From positions 6,944,001 through 7,008,000 of the forward strand of contig JBHGNT010000015.1 of assembly GCA_043228905.1 (NCBI GenBank): a stretch of DNA of 64,000 nucleotides. Reading direction: 5' to 3'. Shown here one piece after another: positions 1-10,909 of the stretch. The translations under genes and the position numbers were made by a program. This DNA comes from Azolla caroliniana (lineage: Eukaryota; Plantae; Polypodiophyta). Positions within the stretch are counted from its first letter, which is position 1; the number at the start of each line of letters is the position of its first letter. The notes beneath the pieces are model-generated. The model had not been told where the DNA came from. It saw only the letters and a list, made by a program, of their open reading frames with translations, and did not search any database.

Positions 1-480
1 GGTTGTAGCACTTGTACCCTTTCTGCCCGTGCGAGTAGCTGACCACAATATACTTCTCGGCCTTGGCATCCAATTTCCTCTATCTCTCATCCCACACGTG
101 CACGTATGAGATACTACGGAAAACCCTGAGGTGTGCCAAATTCGGCTTTTGCCTGAAATATAGCTCATGTGGTGACGTCTTTGCTCCGAAGGCAGATATC
201 TGATTCTATATGTAGAAGACCATTCAGATTGTTTTAGCCCAATGGATCCTTGCATGCTCTTCTCCTCCAACATTTCCCTAGCCGCTTCTACCATTGTCCG
301 GTTCTGTAAAACAGCCACGTTGTTCTGCTCCGGCGTGTATATGAAGGAGAACATCCTCCAAATTCCCTTTGTCTGCAAATAACTAGTGAACTGGCTGGAA
401 AAGTATTCTTTTCTGCCATCCGACCACAGACACTTGATCTTCCTCTCTGTTTACCTCTCAACTAGACTTTTCAGGTCCCG
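1..480 (-). pseudogene. Degenerate Ty1/copia integrase fragment
   Basis: Minus strand reads KIKCLWSDG..EYFSSQFTSYLQTKGI..YTPEQN..NRTMVEAAR, with stops/frameshifts. Confidence 0.8.
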
Positions 481-482
481 AA

Positions 483-1136
483 TGTCTTGATATAGCATGG
501 TATGGCTTCAAACATGATATAGCATGGTACAACTTCAAAAAGATTTGAACCCATGACCTTGTGTCACATGGGTTGAAGCCCTACCATTAGGCTTTATATT
601 GTAAAACAAAGAACATTGTTTTCATTTATTATTTCACCTAGGAAATCCATGTATATTCTAGATTTCTTTGGTAAATTCTAGAAATGTCAAGAATACTTCT
701 AAGCACACTATAAAAAGAGGCACATGGCATTATTGAGAACCAATTCTGTTCAACGCCAGTCTTAAGCCCCCTAGTTGTTCTTGTATCAGATTTCTTCATA
801 TAATATCATATACTTCTTGTTGTCATCATTATCTCTCTATACTCTCTCTCTCTCTCTCTCTCTTCTCTCTCGTGATTCTCACACACTCTTTCCCTTCTTA
901 GTACAAATCCCCATTCTTCTCCTCTTTCTTTAGTACTAATCTCTCCTTGCTTCTAGTAGTATCCCTGACAGTTTGAATCGAATTTGTCTTGAGCTTCGTA
1001 TCCCTCCTTCCGTTCATACTAATCTTCTTATCCTTCCTTCCTCCAATACTATGGCAACTGTTAGCACTCAAGAATACCAATCGGTTTTCTCGGAGTTGCA
1101 ATGCTTGAAAGAAAGGTTTGTCACATTGGAACAAGA
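483..1136 (+). mobile_element. Truncated chromovirus copy: 5' LTR (483-970), PBS region and gag start
   Basis: TG...CCTGACA LTR homologous to 2384-2807. MATVSTQEYQSVFSELQCLKE matches the gag at 2876. Interrupted at 1137 by another LTR. Confidence 0.85.
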
Positions 1137-1806
1137 TGTCACAGATGAACAATTGGAAGATAAAGAGATGGGGAAGTTGATGACAATGAGTAAGAATATC
1201 TATTCCATGACTGGTATTGATTTCCTTGATGTTAACAAGGGAGATCAACCCTTTTTATACATGTAGTGAAGCATTATAAGCATGCTCATGCCAAGTCTTA
1301 CATACTATACTATCAAGCATACTAATTCTTGCATTCCAAGTCTTATATACTGAGTCTTATATACCACTCTTTATACAAAGGTTTAAAATCTAAAGTTTGT
1401 CTAGGAGAAATATATATATACAAGAACCTAGGCTAAAATTCAAGTCGATGTTCATGACATTATCCTTCCCTTAAGCGCCGACTTCAAGAAGGTGCAGGTT
1501 TGTCAAGATATCGGAGATGAAAATCATGAACCATTTCCGGGGCATTGAGTAAATTTCTAGCGGGCACATGTCCGTGTCTGTGACAGTACCCATGTGGCCT
1601 CAGAGATGGGATATCCTTTCCACAAGACCATATACTGGAGCTTCCGTCGGCTCTTGCGTGAGTCTAGAATGGTCTCGACTTCATACTCATCCCCAGTCGC
1701 CAAAGCCACAGGGGGGTGGTGGCTCGATGCTTCTTCCTGGAATTGAGGATGGATGATAGAGCTCAAGAAGTGATGCATGGAAGACATTGTGAATTCGATA
1801 GTGTGA
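1137..1806 (-). mobile_element. 3' end of a second chromovirus (integrase tail, chromodomain, PPT, 3' LTR 1137-1459)
   Basis: RIHNVFHASLL and EYEVETILDSRKSRRKLQYMVLWKGYPISEATW. PPT AAGGGAAGGATAA directly precedes a TGTCATG...GTGACA LTR on the minus strand. Confidence 0.85.
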
Positions 1807-2069
1807 TGTGAGAGGAATAACGAGTAATATTGCTAAGCCCCAACCAAGTCTTGAACACTTCTTTCGAAGGAAACACAGAAATAGGAAGTGGAGAGTACAC
1901 AAAGGAAATACCCAGGATGTTTACGTGGAAAACCCTAAATGGGAAAAACCACGGGAGCCCACAGACTCCAACTATCACTATAGGAGAAAGGTACAATCAG
2001 AGACTCGGAGGCAATGACCTCGAGCTCTGTTTCTTTGCCCAGCGGCGGTTACAACAGAGTATCGCTCTG

Positions 2070-2114
<45 letters not shown>

Positions 2115-2381
2115 CGCTCTCTGTACAACAGTTACAACAACTCTCACAACACTATGACCATACATATAAAGTGATTTCCCTAAGTCATATTTATACTTAT
2201 ATGAAATTAGGGCTATTTAGAAATATAGCCTCATTGGGCTTCCTCAAGACATATTTACAAATCTGTCTTCACTTCCGGTTCTCACCGGGTCCACCGATCC
2301 AATTTTCAGATCTCTTCCAGTTCTCACCGGGTCTTCTCTATTCATAACCGGATCCCATCCAGAGGAACCGATTTCCCAACA
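1807..2381 (-). mobile_element. Ty1/copia 3' LTR (belongs with the RT/RNase H remnant at 8012-8661)
   Basis: Homologous to LTRs at 37115, 38596 and 54620 (CCCGTGGTTTTTCCCATTTAGGGTTTTCCACGT motif, CT microsatellite). Its PPT resumes at 8012, after the chromovirus insertion. Left end approximate. Confidence 0.8.
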
Positions 2382-2875
2382 ATTGTCATGATATGGCAAG
2401 ACTCGAACCCATGACCTTATGCTACATGGGTCGAGCTCTTACCATTAGACTATGAATTGTATTTTGTAGGATATTATTTTCATTTATGCTTTATCATAGA
2501 AAATTGATGTATATTCCAGATCTCTCTGGAACATTCTAGAAGCTTCAGGATTATTCCTAAAAACACTATAAAAGAAGGCACAAGGCATTGTTTTGAACCA
2601 AATTGGTTCAACACCAGTCTTAAGCCTCTTAGCCGATTTGTACTTATCTTTCATATAATATAAGAGCTGCTGTCATCATCCTATTTCTCTCTCTCCTCTT
2701 CTCACTTCCTCTCTCTCGGGAATCTTACGCAGTCCTGTCTTCTTAGTACTAATAGTACTACTCTTCTTAGTACTAATTCCATCTCTGCTTTAGTACTATT
2801 CCTGACAGTTTGAACCAATTTCTCCTCTAGCCTACTTGTCACTCTCCCTCATCCTCCTACCCTTTTCCCTATACT

Positions 2876-4048
2876 ATGGCTACTGTTAGCGCCCAAGAAT
2901 ACCAATCCGTTTTCTCCGAGCTACAGTGCCTAAAAGAAAAATTTGTTGCCCTGGAACAAGAAAACCAACGGCTGATAGGGGATCTGCAACAAATCGCTCT
3001 CGAAAAACAACAAACGCAACAACAACATGGGGAGTTAGCGTTACGGGTACAACAACTCGAAGCAGCGTTGCAACAACAAGGATCCAGTCCCCAAGGATTT
3101 CATAAAGAGCCCAAGATTGGACTTCCCGTCAAATTTGATGGAACGCGTTCGCAATTCCGGGGATTCCTTAATCAGGTACGCTTAGTCATCCAGATGCATC
3201 CTTCCCGATATCCCACTGATGCATCTCGAGTCGTCCTAATAGGCACGCTACTTAGCGGCTCAGCCTTGGCATGGTTCGCTCCGCTTCTAGAAAAACAATC
3301 GCCCTTGCTTAATAACTTTGAAGATTTTATTGGTGAGTTTAAAGCCTGCTTTGGAGACACCGACAGCATCAGGACGGCGATCAACAAGATCCGGCGATTG
3401 CGTCAAGGCGATCGTCCAGCCTCTGCCTACGCGGCGGATTTCCGCCTACTTGCTTCAGATATACCCTGGGATGATCAAGCACTAATGGAGCAGTTTCGCT
3501 ATGGCTTGCGAAACGATGTCAAAGATCTACTTCTAACTTTCCCCGAAGAACCAAAGTCTCTTACGGAGGCAATCAGTCGAGCAGTTCGATGTGACAACCG
3601 CCTTTTTGAACGGCGTTCAGAACGTCAATTACAGATACCACGCTCTAGGCCAGAGCCCACTTACGCCGCAGTCGCGGCTAAACCGTTTGCACGAGACATA
3701 CCTCAAGCAAATACTTCGACACCGATGGAGATCGATACCATGCGTCGACGCGGCCCGTTATCGGAAGAAGAAAAGCAACGACGACGTGCCAATCGATTAT
3801 GCCTTTATTGCGGTGGACCAGGACATATCGCCATCAATTGTCCCCATAGGCCAAGAAGACAGGTAAATCAAATCGTCGCCTGTACTAAACCTGAGTCAAT
3901 TCTTCCCTTCGGAGTGTCTAATAGTAGTAATAGTACTAATAGAGTGTCAGATAGTATTCATAGTACTAATAGCCCAAGTATCTCAAATAAATTTGAAATC
4001 CTTAGTCAATTAGATGAAGAGTTAAACGATTGTGTCCAGCCAAAATAG
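2876..4048 (+). CDS. gag: Chromovirus Gag (coiled coil, capsid, CCHC knuckle)
   Basis: 390-aa ORF with KFDGTRSQFRGFL, LRQG, PMEID and CLYCGGPGHIAINC. Confidence 0.95.
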   Translation: MATVSAQEYQSVFSELQCLKEKFVALEQENQRLIGDLQQIALEKQQTQQQHGELALRVQQLEAALQQQGSSPQGFHKEPKIGLPVKFDGTRSQFRGFLNQVRLVIQMHPSRYPTDASRVVLIGTLLSGSALAWFAPLLEKQSPLLNNFEDFIGEFKACFGDTDSIRTAINKIRRLRQGDRPASAYAADFRLLASDIPWDDQALMEQFRYGLRNDVKDLLLTFPEEPKSLTEAISRAVRCDNRLFERRSERQLQIPRSRPEPTYAAVAAKPFARDIPQANTSTPMEIDTMRRRGPLSEEEKQRRRANRLCLYCGGPGHIAINCPHRPRRQVNQIVACTKPESILPFGVSNSSNSTNRVSDSIHSTNSPSISNKFEILSQLDEELNDCVQPK

Positions 4049-7000
4049 GAGCCATTTGGTTGGATAGTAGCCCTAGATCTGTACAGCCCATTAGTGGTTC
4101 CATTCCTTCCAAGCAAGTTAGCAATGTGTTCCTAGCCCAAGTCATTGTTAGTACTAAAAGTACTCCCCCAGTACCCGTCCTAGCACTTTTAGATTCCGGA
4201 GCTAATTCCTATTTCATGGATCGAAATTTTGCCCAAGCTTCTCAGATATCCTTAAGAAAACTTCCTTGTCCCGCATCTGTAGTGGTCATTGATGGTCGTC
4301 CCATTGCTTCCGGGAATATTGTAGAAGAATCAGAACCCATTCAAGTTGTCCTAGGTAGTTTTGTGTGTATAATATCATTTAATATAATTAGTAGTCCAGA
4401 GCATCCCATTGTCCTAGGATTACCTTGGCTTGAATTACATAATCCAGACATAGATTGGAAGAATCAACTCGCCGAGTTTCGACCATTTCACTCCATCAAC
4501 TACGCGAAGAAGGACCCAAGGAGGCAATGTTCCTATTTTCCATATCAGTACATCCTTCCAGCACTATTAAGAAGGACTCCTCAGTACAACTTCCGGCAAA
4601 ATATCATCCTTATGCCGATGTATTTGACAAGGTAAAAGCCGGTACCCTTCCTCATCACCGTCCCTATGACTGTCCCATCGATTTACAACCAGGAACCGAG
4701 CCACCATGGGGACCAATTTACAACCTGTCACCCACCGAGTTAGAAGTCCTTCGAGCCTACATAGAGGAGAACTTGGCAAGCGGGTTCATCCGTCATTCGA
4801 AATCTTCGGCCGGTGCACCCATCTTCTTTGTCAAGAAGAAAGATGGCTCACTTCGTCTTGTCGTTGATTACCGCGGATTAAATAAAGTCACCATTCGAAA
4901 TAGGTATGCACTTCCTCTTATATCAAGTCTTTTAGAGCGAGTTAATGGTGCCAAGATTTTTACTAAAATCGACCTACGCGGAGCGTATAATCTCGTGCGG
5001 ATCCGACCGGGAGATGAGTGGAAGACCGCTTTTCGCACGCGGTATGGGCATTTCGAGTATACTGTTATGCCGTTTGGCCTAACCAATGCACCCGCAGTCT
5101 TCCAACACATGGCAAATGATATATTCAGAGACCTCTTGGATATCTGTTTGATCATTTATCTGGATGATCTGTTGATTTATTCGAAGACCCAGGAAGAGCA
5201 CGATTCTCATGTACTATTAGTACTAAAGCGACTCCGCGAGAATGGTCTTTATGCCAAGCTAGAAAAATGTAGCTTTGACTGCAAGCAAGTGGAATTTCTA
5301 GGCTACGTCATCTCCTCAAAGGGCATCGCCATGGATCCAGCTAAGATCCAAACTGTACTAGAGTGGCAAATTCCACGGTCGGTACGAGATGTACAATGTT
5401 TTCTAGGTTTTGCTAACTTCTACCGTAAGTTTATACAGGATTACTCGAAGATTATTTTACCTCTCACACAACTTACGAAGAAGGGCCAAGCATTTCTTTG
5501 GTCCATTGAAGCAGATATGGCTTTTCGGCATCTTAAGAAAGCCTTTACATCAGCACCGATTCTAGCTCATGTGGATACAAGCAAACCATTCATCATGGAG
5601 GCCGACGCATCAGATTTCGCCCTCGGTAGCATCCTTTCTCAACAAGGTGATAAAGAAGAGTTGCATCCGGTGGCTTTCCATTCGCGCAAATTCGATGTCG
5701 CAGAAATCAACTACGAAATACATGACAAGGAGTTATTAGCCATCGTGGATTCATTTGTACAATGGCGGCATTTCTTAGAGGGCTCTCCACATCAGGTCAT
5801 TGTCTTCAGCGATCATAAAAATCTTGCTTATTTTCAGAACGCTCGCGTACTAAACCGACGGCAAGCTCGGTGGGCGCAATTCCTCACGCGTTTCGACTTC
5901 AAAATCACATATCGACCGGGGAAGCAGCAAGGAAAAGTAGATGCACTATCACGACGTTCATATCTTGCACCTCGTCCTGGTGACGCAACATTTGATAATC
6001 AAAAGCAAGTAATCTTGGGACCAACACGATTGCACACAACGCGGATTTTTCACACCCCGATGGATTCACGGATTACCGATGACATACGTGCAACCTTGAA
6101 GACGGATAGTTTTGCTCAAGACATCCTGGCGCACATTGATACTTCTCGGGCATCCTGTTCTCAGTCTCAACAACCAGGTATTGACTACCGACAATTCGAA
6201 TATCATGATGGTTTGTTATTCTTTAAAAAGCGCGTATATGTCCCCGATTGCTCCTGTCGCCTTCAAATTGTCCAACATTGTCACGACACCCATACGGCGG
6301 GACATTTCGGTAGTACTAAGACGTTGGAGCTAGTGCAGCGATCTTTTTGGTGGCCCCACATGCGCCATTTTGTCGACGACTACGTTCGGACCTGTGATGC
6401 TTGCTGCCGAGCAAAGATGCCACGACACCATCCATATGGCTTGTTGGAACCTTTACCAATTCCAAGTAAGCCATGGCAGTCTATTTGTCTTGATTTTATC
6501 ACAGATCTGCCGGTCTCGAAAGGGTTCGATGCTATCCTAACCGTCGTCGATCGATATACGAAGATGGCACATTTTGTGCCATGTACTAAAGCCATCACTA
6601 GCGAGGAAACCGCCGCTCTTGTTATGTGTGAGGTTTTTCGGCATCATGGCCTCCCAGACAGTATTATCAGTGACCGAGGCCCGCAATTTGTCTCCAAATT
6701 TTGGCAGCATCTCTTCAAGATGCTCAAGGTCTCCTGCAACCTCTCCTCCGGCTACCATCCTCAGACCGACGGACAGGCGGAATGAACAAACCAAACGCTG
6801 GAGCAATATCTCCGGTGTTTCCTGAGTTATCAACAGGACGATTGGGCCGAGATTCTCCACTTTGCGGAGTTTGCGTATAATAATGCTATTCACTCCTCGA
6901 CTCGGGTCTCCCCATTTTTCGCTTATATCGGTTTCCATCCTCACTGGTCGGTGATCGACACTCCGGAGCTACCTACCAACCCTCGTGCCGAGGATCATTT

Positions 7001-7571
7001 GGAGAGGCTACGCAAGATCCAGATGGATCTCTCTACTCACCTTCGTCATGCTCAACACACACAGAACACTTATGCGGATCGTCATCGGACTCCCTCCTCT
7101 TTTGCCATCGGAGATCGAGTATGGCTCTTACGTCGTCACATCAAGACTACTCGACCGTGCGACAAGTTGGATTATCGACGACTCGGTCCTTTCCGTATTA
7201 CGGGGAAGATTAATGATGTCACCTTCCGCCTTGACCTCCCTCCACAGCTTCAGATACATCCGGTTTTCCATTGTTCTCTTCTTGAAACTTATAAAGCAAA
7301 CACCATTCCTGATCGTGTGACACCACCGCCGCCCCCACTGGAGTTGGACGCCGGCCCGGAGTATGAAGTTGCTGCCATCCTCGATTCCAAACTTGTTCGC
7401 AACAAACTCTATTACTTGGTCGATTGGCTCGGTTATAGTCCGAGCGAACGTACTTGGGAACCCGTCGAGAATGTTGCCAATGCACAAGATCTTCTTGTTG
7501 ATTTCCACCGAAAGTATCCGGACAAACCCGGTCCGCAATTAGCGCTGACTCGTTCCACTCGTCGTCTTTAA
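4021..7571 (+). pseudogene. pol: Chromovirus Pol (PR-RT-RNase H-IN-chromodomain), disrupted
   Basis: LLDSGA, YLDD, DASDFA, HHCC zinc finger, DFITD..SDRG and chromodomain EYEVAAILD..YLVDWLGY. Frame break near 4460 and TGA at 6783-6785 (GQAE*TNQ). Confidence 0.93.
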
Positions 7572-8011
7572 GGGGGAGATAGTGTCATGATATGGCAAGA
7601 CTCAAACCCATGACCTTATGCTACATGGGTCGAGCTCTTACCATTAGACTATGAATTGTATTTTGTAGGATATTATTTTCATTTATGCTTTATCATAGAA
7701 AATTGATGTATATTCCAGATCTCTCTGGAACATTCTAGAAGCTTCAGGATTATTCCTAAAAACACTATAAAAGAAGGCACAAGGCATTGTTTTGAACCAA
7801 ATTGGTTCAACACCAGTCTTAAGCCTCTTAGCCGATTTGTACTTATCTTTCATATAATATAAGAGCTGCTGTCATCATCCTATTTCTCTCTCTCCTCTTC
7901 TCACTTCCTCTCTCTCGGGAATCTTACGCAGTCCTGTCTTCTTAGTACTAATAGTACTACTCTTCTTAGTACTAATTCCATCTCTGCTTTAGTACTATTC
8001 CTGACAACAAT

Positions 8012-8661
8012 CACCCCCTTCACTCCGGCATGGGATGTCTCGTCAACCCGATCTGCTTTTGACATGTGTCTAGCTTGTCGATTGTCAGCATCTTGGTCAG
8101 CATGTTCGACCCGTTCTCTTTCGTGTGGATCTTCGTCAACACGAACTCTTGATCTTCTACTCTCTCTCGGATTCAGTGGTACCTCCACTGGATATGTTTC
8201 GTCCGGGAATGGTAGGCCGTGTTCTTTGCAAGGTGGATGACACTTTGATTGTTGCAGTAGAGTCGGTATTCCTCCTGTTGGATCCCTAGCTCTCCGATGA
8301 AGTCCGTCATCCAGATTATCTCTTACCGGTTTCTACAGCTGCCATATACTCCGCCTCCGTGGTTGACAACGCAACCGTCTTTTGCAGCCTCGACTGCTAT
8401 GAAACAGCTCCCCCTGCATAAGTCATGACATATCCAGATGTAGACCGACTGGTATTTGCATCAGCCGACATATCCGAATCGGTGAATCCGTTAGGTTGAG
8501 GATTACCGGAGTCGAATCGGAGGCACATAGTCGAAGTTCCTTTCAGATACCGGAGTATCCACTTGACAACATTCCAATGCTCTTTGTCGGGATTGCTCAT
8601 GAACCGCCTCACCATTCCGACTGCATATCCGATATCCCGCCGGGTACATAGCATCGCGTAC
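8012..8661 (-). pseudogene. Ty1/copia RT C-terminus/RNase H remnant with PPT
   Basis: KEHWNVVKWILRYLKGT, GFTDSDMSADANTSRSTSGY. PPT GAAGGGGGTGAT. Confidence 0.9.
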
Positions 8662-8963
8662 TGTTGAGAGTCAAGCTCAACTTGGTCTAGTGTGTGAACT
8701 CACCTTGAGAGTGAAGAGACACTCCAACGGTCAAGAGTCACCATTATGTCACCACTTTGTATTCTAGCATTTAGTATGAGTCATAGAATCATATTCTATG
8801 ACACATAACTTATGAGCTTTCACATTCCCCATGCTCCATGAGTCTTGTAGTTAATGAAGAGAGAGAGGGTGACTACATAAAGCACCCTCCTCCCACCTTG
8901 TATAATGTTGAGTCTTTCTCCTTTGTCAATATACTTTTACCTTGTGTATTCTCTGTGTTTCAC

Positions 8964-8996
<33 letters not shown>

Positions 8997-10909
8997 TAGA
9001 CACACACATAACTCACATCTCTTTCGCTTCACAAGAATCCATCTCTTGGTTCTTTACATGGTATCAGAGCGATTTGGTAGCTTGATCTAACCCATTCGCC
9101 TCATCGTGATCGTGTGTTGTGCTCTACGCCGACGACCAAGAACCGACTCATAGTTATCGTAGCTTCGCTACATAGCTCGCATTCGAAGAGAGAAGAAGAA
9201 GAAGAAGAATCGACATAATGAATACTCAAATGGGGAGCGCTCTCCCTACCAAGAAGTTGGATTGAAACAACTTCGCATCTTGGGAGTACAAGATGCACCA
9301 ATACCTTGTCGGACAAGGCTATTGGAGCTACATCAAAGGAGCACATGAAGACTAACCTGCCGAAGCGGCTCCTAGATACGCGACATGGGAGCAAGCCGCA
9401 AGCCGCGTGATGTATTGTTTGGCAACATGTGTTCATGACCACATGCTCGGTAACATTCAAGAAGCCAAGACGCCGAAGGAAGCGTGGGAAAATCTACGAA
9501 AGATTTTCGTCGCTAACACGACCGCGAGGAAGCTGCAACTCCGCCAAGAGTTGAACAACATTCAACAAAGGGACATGTCCATCATGACATACACCTTGAA
9601 GATCAAGTATAGACGATGAGGAGATGGTGCAAATATGCCTTGGTTCGGCGCGATGCAAACCGCCGTTCTAGCATGGGAGAAATGTCCCTCCTTCTTCGAG
9701 CTCCAATCAATGCTATTGGTCGAAGAAAACCACGTGCGTACAAGGAGCAATGAGTCGGAAGGCCACGTGCTCTACACGCACTCTAATGGAGAAAGAGGAC
9801 GCGGACGAGCGAGAGGCCGATTCGGCCAAGGACAAGGCGGACGAGGTCCGACCTACGACAACAACTCCAAAATTTCGTCCGCAAAATGGAGGCCAACGAG
9901 GAACCTTCGCAAGAAGGGGGAGCTTCCACTCCAGCCCGAGCCATCAAAACGCAACCGAATGCGGATATTGCGGAAAGCTCGGCCACCACGAAGAAAAGTG
10001 CCGAAAGAAGATGCATGAATCGGCTTCCACAAGCCGACAACTCACGAATTACGCACACAACTTCGACTACGAATATCATGGCGGAATGTATACAGACAAC
10101 TCCGACCGTGGCGAAATGTACGGGCACAACTCCGACTACGAAGATCGTGGTGGAATGTATACATACAACTCTGACCGTGGCGGAATGTTCATGATGAAAC
10201 ATAGAGCAAACTCTATGTCGATCGCTACCTCAACTAGTGCCTCTGGTCCGGAAGACGTATGGTTCGTCGATTCCGGTGCCTCGAACCATTTGACATCGCA
10301 TCAAGAATGGTTCCGAGAACTTCGAGAGCCGGACCGACCCGGCTATGTCGAAACCGGAGACGACACTACGCACCCGATTCGGCACATTGGCAATGTTCCG
10401 TTCGGAAAAGAAGGTAAGCAAAATTACATTAAAAATGTCTTGCATGTACCGACCATTACGAAGAATTTGGTCTCCGTCGGCCAAATTGTAGAGCAAGGGA
10501 TGCAAGTTCGATTTAATCAAGGCGGATGCTTCATCGAAAAAGAGGGCCGACTCATCGCACGCAGACGAAGAGAGGGCCGGATGTTCATTCTCGATTCACG
10601 CTAGATGAAATCCGCCATATTCGCGAAAAACACGAAAGCTGACTCCGACATAGAGCTATGGCACAAGCGAATCGGCCACATCAATCTCAACAAACTCAAA
10701 GCAATGAAATCGAAAGGAGTCGTCATCGGACTCCCGACATTCAAAGAGAAGGAGATTGAAGGTGTATGCGAAGCGTGCCAATTCGGCAACCAACACCGAC
10801 ACCCATTCTCGAAAGAACGGAACGTGAGCAAAGGTCTACTAGACGTAGTCCATTCCGACATATGGGAACCGGCGTAGACGACTACATTCGGTGGATGCCA
10901 ATATTACGT
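8662..10909 (+). mobile_element. 5' half of a Ty1/copia element (LTR 8662-9058, tRNA-iMet PBS 9059-9070, degenerate gag-PR-IN)
   Basis: TG...CA LTR followed by TGGTATCAGAGC. CGYCGKLGHHEEKC, WFVDSGAS, WHKRIGH..CEAC, VHSDIW. Cut at 10910 by a gypsy LTR. Confidence 0.9.

Larger units (their letters stand above)
2384..8006 (+). mobile_element. Full-length young Ty3/gypsy chromovirus (Tcn1-like)
   Basis: 424-bp LTRs at 2384-2807 and 7583-8006 (one difference noticed by eye). TSD ACAAT at 2379-2383 and 8007-8011. PPT AAGGGGGAGATAG. Domain order gag-PR-RT-RH-IN-chromodomain. Confidence 0.97.

Noticed and set aside
4440-4480. Second programmed frameshift in chromovirus pol
   Set aside because: No slippery heptamer seen; more likely an inactivating indel or deletion.
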